From assembly GCA_905235995.1 (NCBI GenBank), contig CAJONI010000052.1, forward strand, positions 6,107-70,106: 64,000 nt of DNA, written 5' to 3'. A program made the translations under genes and the position numbers. The notes below the pieces were generated by a model, which did no database searches, was not told where the DNA came from, and worked only from the letters and a program-made list of their open reading frames with translations. How positions within the stretch are numbered: the stretch's first letter is position 1; the number at the start of each line of letters is the position of its first letter. The stretch comes from an uncultured Bacteroidales bacterium. Its GTDB lineage: Bacteria > Bacteroidota > Bacteroidia > Bacteroidales > UBA932. This document shows positions 18,646 through 28,281 of the stretch, in pieces.

Positions 18646-20574
18646 ATGAAAAAAGCATTGCTTTTCCTGGCAGTATTGCTGCCGACACTCGCCGCGGCCC
18701 AGTTCCCGGTCATATTGCATTCCCACAACGACTATGAGCGCACGGCCCCCTTCTGGGAGGCCTACTCGCAGCACTGCACCTCTATCGAGGCCGACGTGTT
18801 CCTGGTGGACGGCCAGCTGCTAGTGGGCCACGACAGGCGTGACCTCCGGCCCGAACGCAGTTTCGAGGCCATGTATGTCAAGCCTATCGTACAGATGTTC
18901 CGCGCCAACGGCGGCCGTGCCTGGAAACGTAGCGACGCCCGCCTGCAGCTGATGGTGGAGCTCAAGAGCGACACGGAGCCCGAGCTCTCCGCCGTGATAG
19001 CGCTGCTTCAGCAGTATCCCGACGTGTTCTGCAGCGACAACGGGGTGAAGGTAGTCATCACGGGTAACACGCCGGACAAGGCACAGTTCGCCGACTATCC
19101 CGCATTCGTGAGTTTCGACGGCGACCTGCGCGAGGACTACACTCCCGAGCAACTCGCCCGCATCGGCCTGTTCAGCAACAATTTCCGCCTCTACTCCGCA
19201 CACTGGAACGGCAAGGGACGCATGATGGTGCCCGAGCTCGATGCAGTTGAGAAAGCCATAGCCAGGGCCCACGCCGCCGGAAAGCCAATACGCTTCTGGA
19301 ACAGTCCCGAGAGCGTTACGACCTATTTCACTTTCTGGAAACTCGGCGTCGACATCATCAACACTGACCATCCGGCAGCCGCGGCACAGTTCTTCGAGAA
19401 CTGGGGCAACAAGAACTTCATCATGGGCGAGCACGCCACCGCTTCCGGGGTGACAGGCACCAGGCGCCTCGACCGCGCGACCCGCGACTTCTCCGGCTTC
19501 CAGAACGAGAAGATGAAGATTTCCAAGCCCATAGAGACTTACACCCCGAGCTACCGCAGCGACAACGCCTCGCCGAAGAAGATCAGGAACGTGATCTTCC
19601 TCATCGGCGACGGCATGGGCTTCAACCACGTGATGGCTGCGGCCTACGCCAACGGCCTCGAACTTTCCATGCTCAAGATGAAGGCCACCGGCATACAGGT
19701 CTACAATCCTCAGGACGACTTCATCGGCGACTCGGCAGGCGGCGGAAGCAGCCTTGCCACGGGCGAACCCTCATGGACCCGCCACATCTCCTCCAACTGG
19801 GACGGCTCCGAGCCGATACCCTCGATGACCGACCTCTTCGGCTCGATGGGCAAGTCGACCGGTGTGCTGACCCTCGGCGACGTGGCCGACGCCACTCCGG
19901 CAGCCTACTTCGCACATTGCTCCGAGCGTGACAGCCTCGAACACATCACTTCCTACTGGCTGACTTCCAAGGTCGACCTGATCTGCGGCAGCGGCCGCGA
20001 CTACGTGGAAGGCCGCCGCTCCGACGGCATCGACATGCTCAAGGGTGTCAAGGACAATGGCTACAGCTATATCACTGACGTCAAGGGGATAGACTCCACC
20101 CCTGGCAAGGTGCTCTGCATCGACGACAAGCTCGGCCGCTCGGCCGAGGAAGCCAACCTCGACCTGCTGGCCGAAGCCACCCGCCGCTCCATAGCCATGC
20201 TGCAGAAACGCTCCGACAAGGGCTTCTTCCTCATGGTGGAAGGAGCCAAGATCGACTACGCCGGCCACGCCAAGACCGTCCCTGCGGCTATCATCGAGAC
20301 CTTCAGCTTCGACCTGGCGGTGGCTGAGGCCATGCGCTTCGCCGACGCCGACGGCCAGACCCTCGTCATCGTGACCGCCGACCACGAGACCGGCGGCCTG
20401 ACCCTGCTCGACGGCGACCTTTCGACCGGACACGTGCTGGCGACCTTCGTCTCCGACGACCACACCCCTTCGGTGGTGCCCGTCTTCGCCTACGGCCCCG
20501 GCTCCTACGCCTTCTGCGGCACCTACCGCAACTACGAACTGACCCGCATACTCAAGAGCCTCGTGACAAAATGA
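18646..20574 (+). CDS. Fusion protein: PLC-like phosphodiesterase (AIM6/GDPD_2-type TIM barrel) at the N-terminus and a PhoA-type alkaline phosphatase at the C-terminus
   Basis: There is a signal peptide. The N-terminal half, HSHNDYERTAPFWEAYSQHCTSIEADVFLVDGQLLVGHD, has the H-x-H-N-D-Y ... E-x-D ... VGHD pattern of the PLC-like PDE superfamily. The C-terminal half (from about 19580) has PhoA blocks VIFLIGDGMG, IGDSAGGGSSLATGE, ADATPAAYFAH, MVEGAKIDYAGHA, VTADHETGG and DDHTPSVVPVFAYGPGS. Confidence 0.82.
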   Translation: MKKALLFLAVLLPTLAAAQFPVILHSHNDYERTAPFWEAYSQHCTSIEADVFLVDGQLLVGHDRRDLRPERSFEAMYVKPIVQMFRANGGRAWKRSDARLQLMVELKSDTEPELSAVIALLQQYPDVFCSDNGVKVVITGNTPDKAQFADYPAFVSFDGDLREDYTPEQLARIGLFSNNFRLYSAHWNGKGRMMVPELDAVEKAIARAHAAGKPIRFWNSPESVTTYFTFWKLGVDIINTDHPAAAAQFFENWGNKNFIMGEHATASGVTGTRRLDRATRDFSGFQNEKMKISKPIETYTPSYRSDNASPKKIRNVIFLIGDGMGFNHVMAAAYANGLELSMLKMKATGIQVYNPQDDFIGDSAGGGSSLATGEPSWTRHISSNWDGSEPIPSMTDLFGSMGKSTGVLTLGDVADATPAAYFAHCSERDSLEHITSYWLTSKVDLICGSGRDYVEGRRSDGIDMLKGVKDNGYSYITDVKGIDSTPGKVLCIDDKLGRSAEEANLDLLAEATRRSIAMLQKRSDKGFFLMVEGAKIDYAGHAKTVPAAIIETFSFDLAVAEAMRFADADGQTLVIVTADHETGGLTLLDGDLSTGHVLATFVSDDHTPSVVPVFAYGPGSYAFCGTYRNYELTRILKSLVTK

Positions 20575-22181
20575 AAATTCTCCGCCTTGCCGCAACTGCG
20601 GTTCTGACGCTGCTTTCCGCAGGACTGCTTCAGGCCCAGGGCCTGACGAGCGGCCCCTATGAGCTGCCCTACAAGAACACTTACGTGAAGAACCTCTTCG
20701 TGTCCGAGAATCCATACCGGACCATGAAGATGGAGACTCTCAAGCCGAAGAGCTTCGCCGAGGCAAAGAAGATTCTCCCCGCGCCCTTCTGGGAGGGGCA
20801 TGAGAAGGAAGTGGAGATGTACTGGCACGCCTGGCAGATAGCCGTGGGCAACATACGCCAGCCGCAGGAAGGTTCGGGCTTCGTGAGCCCTTTTCTCGAC
20901 GTGGCCTACAACGGCAACATCTTCATGTGGGACGATTCCTTCATGATGCTCTTCGCCCGCTACGGCTACCGCTTTTTCCCCTTCCAGCGAACTCTCGACA
21001 ACTTCTACGCGAAGCAGCACCAGGACGGCTTCATCTGCCGCGAGATCCGCTCCGACGGCAGCGACTGCTTCGAGCGCTACGACCCCACGTCCACGGGGCC
21101 GAACCTTCTTCCCTGGGCCGAACTCCTGTACTACAAGCAGTTCGGCGACATCGACCGCCTGCACCGCGTGTTTCCGGCCCTGGTGGCCTATGCACAGTGG
21201 TGGAAGCTCAACCGCACCTGGAAGGACGGCACCTACTGGAGCTCCGGGTGGGGGACAGGCATGGACAACCTGCCGCGCGTGGAGGAAGGCTACAACCAGA
21301 TCTTCTCCAACGGACACATGACCTGGCTCGACACCAACCTCCAGCAGTATCTCGTCAACGACTGCCTGATGCAGATAGGCTTCTACATCGAGCGCTGGCA
21401 GGAGATCGAGGAGATGGAAGACGAGATGAAGTTCCTCAAGGCCTGGATCAACGACAACATGTGGGACCCTGACACGCGCTTCCTATACGACGTCTACGCC
21501 GACGGCTCGCGCTCCAAGGTGAAGGGAATCTCGGCTTTCTGGGCACTCCAGACCGACGTGCTCGAGGGCGAGAGGCTGGACGCGCTGGTGGAGCACCTGC
21601 GCGACACCGCGGAGTTCAACCGCCCGCACCGCGTGCCCTCGCTGAGCGCCGACCATAAGAAATACAATCCCAACGGACGCTACTGGCAGGGCGGAATCTG
21701 GCCCGGAGCCAACTACATGGTGATTGACGGCCTGTGGAAGAGGGGGTACCGCGAGCTCTGCCGCGAGGTGGCCGACAACCACTTCGGCGGGGTGTTCCAG
21801 GTGTGGAAAGACACCGGCACCTTCTGGGAATACTACGCGCCGGAGCGCATCGAGCCCGGCTTCATGGCCCGCAGGGACTTCGTGGGCTGGGCGGGACTGC
21901 CGCCCATCGCGGAGTTCATCGAATGCATCCTGGGCATACGTTCCGACTTCGCCGGGGGCAAGGTGGAGTGGGACCTCCGGCAGACCGAGGCCCACGGCAT
22001 TGAGCGCTATCCATTCGGTCCGGAGGGAGTGCTGGGACTCAAGGTCGCCAGGCGCGCCTCTGCGGAAGCGAAGCCCGAGATCACAGTGACCACCAACGTC
22101 CCCTTCGACCTTACGGTCCTCTGGGGTGACGGCCAGAGCGCCACGGTGCACGTTGACAAGAGTGGAAAGATCAAACTTTAA
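20571..22181 (+). CDS. (alpha/alpha)6-barrel glycoside hydrolase, GH63 / MGH1-like (trehalase-fold)
   Basis: The start overlaps the upstream stop (ATGA at 20571-20574). There is a signal peptide. Motifs FMWDDSFMMLFARYG, SGWGTGMDNLPR and YWQGGIWPGANYMVIDGLWKRGY are typical of the GH63/GH37-fold family. Confidence 0.7.
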   Translation: MKILRLAATAVLTLLSAGLLQAQGLTSGPYELPYKNTYVKNLFVSENPYRTMKMETLKPKSFAEAKKILPAPFWEGHEKEVEMYWHAWQIAVGNIRQPQEGSGFVSPFLDVAYNGNIFMWDDSFMMLFARYGYRFFPFQRTLDNFYAKQHQDGFICREIRSDGSDCFERYDPTSTGPNLLPWAELLYYKQFGDIDRLHRVFPALVAYAQWWKLNRTWKDGTYWSSGWGTGMDNLPRVEEGYNQIFSNGHMTWLDTNLQQYLVNDCLMQIGFYIERWQEIEEMEDEMKFLKAWINDNMWDPDTRFLYDVYADGSRSKVKGISAFWALQTDVLEGERLDALVEHLRDTAEFNRPHRVPSLSADHKKYNPNGRYWQGGIWPGANYMVIDGLWKRGYRELCREVADNHFGGVFQVWKDTGTFWEYYAPERIEPGFMARRDFVGWAGLPPIAEFIECILGIRSDFAGGKVEWDLRQTEAHGIERYPFGPEGVLGLKVARRASAEAKPEITVTTNVPFDLTVLWGDGQSATVHVDKSGKIKL

Positions 22182-22192
22182 AATAGCATGAT

Positions 22193-23044
22193 ATGAAGAA
22201 ACTGTTCCTTATTCCCCTGGCTCTTTGCCTGGCAGCCCTGACGCTGCTGCCTGCGGGCTGCAAGGCCCAGAAAGATGAGCCGCTCAAGGTAATGTCGTAC
22301 AACATCCGCTACGGAACCGCCGACGACGGCGACTTCGTGTGGGAAAACCGCCGCGAAGCCGCGGCCGCCATGGTCCAGGACCAGCGCCCGGCCGTGTTCG
22401 GCGTGCAGGAAGCCCTTGACTTCCAGCTCACTTACCTCGAGGAGAACTGCCCCGGCTACAAGTACGTCGGCGTAGGCCGCGAGGACGGCGTGCACGACGG
22501 CGAGCACATGGCCGTGTTCTACGACACGGAGCGCGTGGAACTCGAGGACTGGGGAACCTATTGGCTCTCCGAGACGCCCGATGTGCCTTCTTTCGGTTGG
22601 GATGCCGCCTGCAAGCGTACCGCCACCTGGACGCTCATGCATGACAAGAAGACCGACAGGCACTTCTATTTCGTGAACACCCATCTCGACCATGTAGGCC
22701 GTGAGGCCCGCCGCAATGGCCTGGCACTCGTAGTCGACCGTATCGCCGCCATGAATCCCGATGGCTACCCGATGGTGCTCTGCGGCGACTTCAACGTCAC
22801 TCCCGACAACCCCTGCCTCAACGACCTCCGCGGAATGATGCAGGATGCCCGTGAAACGGCTCCCGTGACCGACTACCAGGTGACCTGGCACGACTGGGGC
22901 AAGGTGAAGGGCACAAAGCCCATCGACTTCATCTTCTACAGCGGCTTCTCCGGCTGCAGCGAGTTCGCCCGCGTGACCCAGCCCTACCTTGGCTGCCCCT
23001 ATGTCTCCGACCACTATCCCGTGACCGCCATCCTGCAATATTAA
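22193..23044 (+). CDS. Endonuclease/exonuclease/phosphatase (EEP) family lipoprotein
   Basis: Lipobox LLPAGCKAQ. EEP blocks are LKVMSYNIRYG, AVFGVQEAL, FVNTHLDH, CGDFN and the terminal SDHYPV. Confidence 0.85.
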   Translation: MKKLFLIPLALCLAALTLLPAGCKAQKDEPLKVMSYNIRYGTADDGDFVWENRREAAAAMVQDQRPAVFGVQEALDFQLTYLEENCPGYKYVGVGREDGVHDGEHMAVFYDTERVELEDWGTYWLSETPDVPSFGWDAACKRTATWTLMHDKKTDRHFYFVNTHLDHVGREARRNGLALVVDRIAAMNPDGYPMVLCGDFNVTPDNPCLNDLRGMMQDARETAPVTDYQVTWHDWGKVKGTKPIDFIFYSGFSGCSEFARVTQPYLGCPYVSDHYPVTAILQY

Positions 23045-23056
23045 AGTCTTAAAGAT

Positions 23057-23950
23057 ATGAAATTCAGAACATTATTCCTTGCCGCAGCGGCCGGCCTGCT
23101 TATCTTTTCCGGATGCTGCAGCAAGAAGTCACATGAAGTTGAACACGTATTCTACATCGGTCTTGACGGCTGGGGCGCGTACAGCGTGGAGAAGTCCGAG
23201 ATGATCCACGCCAAGCAGATGATGGCCAAGGGCGCCTATACCCTCAAGAAGCGTACGGTACTGCCTTCTAGCAGCGCCGGCAACTGGGAATCCATGTTCA
23301 CCGGCGTGGGTCCCGAGGTTCACGGCTTCTTCGAGTGCTGCTCTCAGACTCCCGACCTCGAGCCCCGTCTGATCCATCGCAACGGACTGTTTCCCAATAT
23401 TTTCCAGCTGCTGCGCGATAAGGAACCCGACGCCGAGACCGGCGTGATCCACCAGTGGAGCGGCATCAAGTACCTGGTCGACACGCTCTCTCTGAGCTAT
23501 CACGCCCATGTGCCTCAGTACGAGCTCTGCGAGGTCGCATGCAACTATATCAAGGAAAAGAAACCCCGCCTGGCAGCTATCATCTGGGACGAACCCGACG
23601 GTGTCGGCCATGGAGCAGGACATGACACACCTGCCTACTACGAGAAGATCAAGGAACTTGACGCCTGGGTCGGCGAAGTTCTGAAGGCCATAGACGAGGC
23701 CGGAATCCTCGACAAATCCGTCATCATCCTGACCTCCGACCACGGCGGAATAGACCATGGCCATGGCGGACGCACGATGATGGAGATGGAGACCCCGCTC
23801 ATCATCACGGGCAAGGGCATAAAGAAAGGCTACTGCTTCGACGACCTGAGTGTCATGCAGTATGACGTCGCTGCCATCATGGCCGACCTCCTCGGCGTCG
23901 AACCGCACCGCGCCTGGTTCGGCCGTACTATCCCCGAAATCTTTGAATAG
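23057..23950 (+). CDS. Alkaline-phosphatase-superfamily enzyme, type I phosphodiesterase / nucleotide pyrophosphatase (NPP)-like lipoprotein
   Basis: Lipobox LIFSGCCS. Motifs are FYIGLDGWG, LPSSSAGNWESMFTGVGPEVHGF (nucleophile plus TGxxPExHG block), WDEPDGVGHGAGH and ILTSDHGG. Confidence 0.8.
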   Translation: MKFRTLFLAAAAGLLIFSGCCSKKSHEVEHVFYIGLDGWGAYSVEKSEMIHAKQMMAKGAYTLKKRTVLPSSSAGNWESMFTGVGPEVHGFFECCSQTPDLEPRLIHRNGLFPNIFQLLRDKEPDAETGVIHQWSGIKYLVDTLSLSYHAHVPQYELCEVACNYIKEKKPRLAAIIWDEPDGVGHGAGHDTPAYYEKIKELDAWVGEVLKAIDEAGILDKSVIILTSDHGGIDHGHGGRTMMEMETPLIITGKGIKKGYCFDDLSVMQYDVAAIMADLLGVEPHRAWFGRTIPEIFE

Positions 23951-23959
23951 ACTCAAGCA

Positions 23960-26539
23960 ATGAAAGCGAAATTCATACTGCTGGCGGCCGTCGCCGCCAT
24001 GCTGACGGCCTGCGTGAGGCAGGCGCCCGTCGAAGTCGGTGTACGCACCGGCTCTCTCAATGGTTCCGCATGGGAGGCTTCCCAGTGGATATCCGTGGTA
24101 GACGCTCCCATAGCGGACGGACCCGCAAAAGAGGTGTACCGCAGCGCCGACGGTGCGAGCTGGTTCGTCGCCGAAGTCACCAATGCAAAGAAAGTGAAGA
24201 AAGCCGTATGGATGGCCACCAGCCTGGGCGTCCACGACATCTTCATCAACGGGAAGCTGATAGGCAAGGAGGTGCTCAAGCCCGGCTTCACCCACTTCGC
24301 CAAGACCAAGCGTTCCTTCACCTACGACATCACCGACGTCTTCAACAGGAAGGCCGGCGCTGTCAACCAGCTGTCCGCGCAGGTGACCCCCGGCTGGTGG
24401 GCCGACAAGATCGTCACCGATGGCGGCATGGAGACCATGCAGGGCAAGAAGTGCGCCTTCCGCGGCGTGCTGGAGCTCACCTATGCCGATGGCAGTACCG
24501 AACTCTTCGGTACCGACACCGAGCACTGGACCGCCGGCATCGCCGGCCCCGTGAAGCATGCCGGCATCTTCGACGGCGAGGAATACGACGCCCGCTGCCT
24601 GCCCGGCTACGCCACTCCGGAACTGCTCAAGACCCCCGAGGTCAACACTGAGTTCGCGGGCGAGATCCTGCCCTCCGAAGGAGCCGAAATCTATCAGCGA
24701 GAGGATCTTACGCTTCTTCCCGTGAAGATTTACGTGTGGGAGGGAGTTACCGGTGCGGTGGAATCGGAGAAGGAAGAGGAAGTGGAGCATGGCACAGTGG
24801 TCGTCAAGCGCAGCTACGCCGACGGCGAAGTGATCGAGCTCAACCCCGGCGAGACGCTGGTGGTCGACTTCGGGCAGAACGCCGCCGCAGTGCCCCAGTT
24901 CTGCTTCAAGGCCGATGAGGGCACCTATCTCATCTGCCATCCCGCCGAGATAGTCAACGACGGCAACGGCGCCGAGAGCCGCGGCATGGACGGCCCCGAG
25001 GGCAGCGCCCACAGGCGCAACCTCCGCGTGGATCCCGACGAGATATGGATGACCTATACCTTCGGCCCTGCCGGAGACTTCGTGGACTACAGGCCCCGCG
25101 CATCCTTCTGGGGTTACCGCTTCATCTCCGTGACCGCGGACGCTCCCGTACAGTTCAGGAGCATTGCCTCGGTTCCCGTGACTTCCATAGCAAAGAACCT
25201 GGAAACCGGCAAGATAGAAACCGGTGATGAATCCATCAACAGGCTGATAGCCAATGCTTATTGGGGACAGCTCTCCAACTATCTCTCCGTGCCTACCGAC
25301 TGCCCGCAGCGCAATGAGCGCCTGGGCTGGACCGCCGACACGCAGGTCTTCACAGAGACCGGAACCTTCTTCGCCAACACCGACGGCTTCTTCCACAAAT
25401 GGATGCGCGACATGCGCGACTCCCAGAGCGAGACCGGCGGCTTCCCTGGCGTGGCCCCGAAGGCACAGTACGGCAACGAGATGATGCGTCTGGGCTGGGC
25501 CGATGCCGGCGTGATCGTGCCCTGGACGGTCTGGAAGCAGTTCGGCGACAAGAGCCTGGTCGACGAGAACTGGGAAGCCATGGAGAAGTTCATGGACCAT
25601 GTGGCCGAGACCAAGTACGACCATGTCGCCCTGAAAGATGAGAACCGCAACTACCAGTGGGCTGACTGGGTGGGCTATGAGCCCCTCGAGAGCTGCAGCG
25701 GCCGCGCTTTCATCGATGCCGCGACCCGCCGCCAGGCCGAGCAGTACTGGTGCTATCTCGGAGCGTCCTACTGGGCCCTCGACGCAGGCATGATGCGTGA
25801 CATGGCGCTCTCCACCGGCCGCGACGCAGCCAAGTACGAGGCCATGCAGCAGGAAGCCCGCGACTATATCCGCACGAAGTTCATGAATCCTGACGGAACC
25901 TTCAAGCTCGCCATACTCAACACCATGCAGACCCCGGCTCTTTTCGCGCTGAAGAACCGCCTGGTCGAGGGCGAGGCGAAGGAGGCCATGTGCGCCCGTC
26001 TCCGCCAGAACTTCGCCGACCACGACGGCTGCCTCCAGACCGGCTTCCTCGGCACGTCCATCCTGATGACGACCCTGACCGAGAACGGCATGGCCGACGT
26101 GGCCTGGGACCTCCTCTTCCAGAGGAAGAACCCCAGCTGGCTCTACTCCGTGGACAACGGCGCCACCACCATCTGGGAGCGCTGGAACAGCTACATGGCC
26201 GACAAGGGCATGGGCCCGAGCGGCATGAACAGCTTCAACCACTACGCATACGGCTGTGTGGGCCAGTGGATCTGGGAATGCGCCGCCGGCATAGCCGCCG
26301 ACACTGCCGATCCCGGCTTCCGCCACATCATCATGAAGCCCGTGCCCGACAAGCGCCTCGGCTACCTGGACGCCTCCTTCCAATCGGCGGCCGGCCTGAT
26401 CAGGAGCTGCTGGAAGTACGACGGCGACGACTGCACCTGGACCTTCACCATCCCTGAAGGCGCGACTGCCACCGTCACCCTGCCGGGTTCCGATGAGCCG
26501 AAAGACTATGAGGCAGGCACTTATACCGTAACCTTATGA
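23960..26539 (+). CDS. GH78 alpha-L-rhamnosidase
   Basis: Lipobox AMLTACV. The GH78 core signature is VPTDCPQRNERLGWTADTQVF. Other family blocks are IVPWTVWKQFGD, GATTIWERWNSY and SFNHYAYGCVGQWIWE. Confidence 0.9.
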   Translation: MKAKFILLAAVAAMLTACVRQAPVEVGVRTGSLNGSAWEASQWISVVDAPIADGPAKEVYRSADGASWFVAEVTNAKKVKKAVWMATSLGVHDIFINGKLIGKEVLKPGFTHFAKTKRSFTYDITDVFNRKAGAVNQLSAQVTPGWWADKIVTDGGMETMQGKKCAFRGVLELTYADGSTELFGTDTEHWTAGIAGPVKHAGIFDGEEYDARCLPGYATPELLKTPEVNTEFAGEILPSEGAEIYQREDLTLLPVKIYVWEGVTGAVESEKEEEVEHGTVVVKRSYADGEVIELNPGETLVVDFGQNAAAVPQFCFKADEGTYLICHPAEIVNDGNGAESRGMDGPEGSAHRRNLRVDPDEIWMTYTFGPAGDFVDYRPRASFWGYRFISVTADAPVQFRSIASVPVTSIAKNLETGKIETGDESINRLIANAYWGQLSNYLSVPTDCPQRNERLGWTADTQVFTETGTFFANTDGFFHKWMRDMRDSQSETGGFPGVAPKAQYGNEMMRLGWADAGVIVPWTVWKQFGDKSLVDENWEAMEKFMDHVAETKYDHVALKDENRNYQWADWVGYEPLESCSGRAFIDAATRRQAEQYWCYLGASYWALDAGMMRDMALSTGRDAAKYEAMQQEARDYIRTKFMNPDGTFKLAILNTMQTPALFALKNRLVEGEAKEAMCARLRQNFADHDGCLQTGFLGTSILMTTLTENGMADVAWDLLFQRKNPSWLYSVDNGATTIWERWNSYMADKGMGPSGMNSFNHYAYGCVGQWIWECAAGIAADTADPGFRHIIMKPVPDKRLGYLDASFQSAAGLIRSCWKYDGDDCTWTFTIPEGATATVTLPGSDEPKDYEAGTYTVTL

Positions 26540-28245
26540 GACGTTTCATATTTTTCGCAGCCCTGCTGGCCCTGACTCTGTCCTGCGAGAAGCAGGAAGA
26601 GCGGGTCACCGCCGGTTCGGGCGAGATAGTCAGCGAATACCTGACCCCCACCCGTGTCGTGCTCGCGAGAGGCGCGGTGGAGAACGCGGAGCACCTTACC
26701 GAGCCCTATGCCGGCCAGGTGTCTACCGACGAACCCGGAGTGACGGTCTTTTCCAAAGGCGGCTCGGTACTGCTCGACTTCGGGCGCGAGATACAGGGCG
26801 GCATACAGATAGTCCGTGCCATTGACGGCGACCATAGGGCCGCACGCTTCCGGCTCTGCCTCGGCGAGTCGGTGAGCGAGGCTCTGAGCAGCGTCGAGGC
26901 CAAGGGTTCAACCGCGACCAACGACCACTCGGTCAGGGACTTCGAGATATCGGTTCCCTGGCTGGGCTGCGTTGAGGTGGGCAACAGTGGCTTCCGCTTC
27001 GCCCGCCTCGACCTGCTCGACGCCGGCTGGGAAGTTCCCGTTGTCGCTGTGCGGGCCATCTCGAAATACCGCGACCTGCCGTACCTGGGCTCCTTCCGCT
27101 GCAGCGACCAGCGCCTGACCGATATCTGGAATACCGGTGCCTACACGGTACATCTCTGCATGCAGGAGTACCTCTGGGACGGCATCAAGCGCGACCGCCT
27201 GGTGTGGCTGGGCGACATGCATCCCGAGGTGATGGCCGTCAACACGGTGTTCGGCGACCAGGAGGTCGTCCGCAAGAGCCTCGACTATGTGCGCGCCAAG
27301 ACCCCGCCTACTGAGTGGATGAACGGCATGTGCTCCTATTCTCTCTGGTGGATCATCATCCAGGAACATCTGTACAAATGGTACGGGGACAAGGAATACC
27401 TTGAGGCCCAGCACGCATACCTGAAGGAACTGCTGCACACCGTCATGGGACAGATGGACGGCTGCCGCGAGGCCTTCGAGGAGGGACGTTTCCTCGACTG
27501 GCCTACGAACGACCAGCCTGAAGCCATACATGCCGGCCTGCAGGCCCTCTCGGTGATGGCGCTCGACGCCGGAGCCGGACTCGCCAACGCCCTCGGCGAC
27601 ACGGCGCTTGAGGAGGAATGCTCCCGCGTGGCCGCGGAACTCAGGACCTACGTGCCCGATCCGGCAGGCAGCGGCCAGGCTGCTGCGCTGCTCGCGCTGG
27701 CAGGCCTGCTCGATCCCGCCGAAGCGGCCGGGGTGGTGGAGTGGAACGGCCCCTATGGCTGCACCTCCTTCATGGGCTACTACATGCTCGAGGCCATGGC
27801 CGCCGCGGGCCACTACATAGAAGCCCTGCACCTTATGTCCGACTACTGGGGCGGCATGCTCGACCTCGGTGCCACTACTTTCTGGGAAGACTTCAACTAC
27901 CATGACGGGCAGAACGCTGCCCGCATTGACGAAGTCGTCCCCGAAGGCAAGTTCGACATCCACGCCGACGGCGGGGCCTGGTGCTACGTGGGCCTTCGCC
28001 ACAGCTTCTGCCACGGCTGGGCCTCGGGCCCGACTACCTGGCTCAGCCGCCATGTACTCGGCATCGAGCCCGTGGGCGTGGGCTTCAGCGAAGTGCGCAT
28101 CGAGCCGCAGCTCGGCGACCTCGAATGGGCGGAAGGCAGCTTCCCTACGCCATATGGACTCATAGAGGTTTCGCACCATCGCACGCCCGACGGCAGCATC
28201 ACCTCCGAGATCAAGGTCCCCAAGGGTATCAAACTTGTCAAATAG
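26536..28245 (+). CDS. GH78-related six-hairpin glycosidase (short alpha-L-rhamnosidase-like protein)
   Basis: The start overlaps the upstream stop (ATGA). Lipobox ALTLSCE. Motifs are YLWDGIKRDRLVWLGDMHPE (DGxKRDRxxWxGD, the equivalent of the GH78 core), TTFWEDF and SFCHGWASGPTTWL. Confidence 0.72.
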   Translation: MRRFIFFAALLALTLSCEKQEERVTAGSGEIVSEYLTPTRVVLARGAVENAEHLTEPYAGQVSTDEPGVTVFSKGGSVLLDFGREIQGGIQIVRAIDGDHRAARFRLCLGESVSEALSSVEAKGSTATNDHSVRDFEISVPWLGCVEVGNSGFRFARLDLLDAGWEVPVVAVRAISKYRDLPYLGSFRCSDQRLTDIWNTGAYTVHLCMQEYLWDGIKRDRLVWLGDMHPEVMAVNTVFGDQEVVRKSLDYVRAKTPPTEWMNGMCSYSLWWIIIQEHLYKWYGDKEYLEAQHAYLKELLHTVMGQMDGCREAFEEGRFLDWPTNDQPEAIHAGLQALSVMALDAGAGLANALGDTALEEECSRVAAELRTYVPDPAGSGQAAALLALAGLLDPAEAAGVVEWNGPYGCTSFMGYYMLEAMAAAGHYIEALHLMSDYWGGMLDLGATTFWEDFNYHDGQNAARIDEVVPEGKFDIHADGGAWCYVGLRHSFCHGWASGPTTWLSRHVLGIEPVGVGFSEVRIEPQLGDLEWAEGSFPTPYGLIEVSHHRTPDGSITSEIKVPKGIKLVK

Positions 28246-28281
28246 CAGTAAATCAATATAATAACCTAAATATTTCCCGAA

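Noticed and set aside
23129-26383. A 1084-aa ORF on the minus strand spanning the NPP-like and GH78 genes, and similar long antisense ORFs at 4744-6882, 6794-8548, 40662-42596, 42765-44834 and 51942-54905
   Set aside because: Each is antisense to a gene with strong family motifs. The translations are low-complexity (rich in G, A, V, H and R) with no recognisable domains, signal peptides or start context. This is typical shadow-ORF behaviour in GC-rich DNA with G/C-biased third positions.
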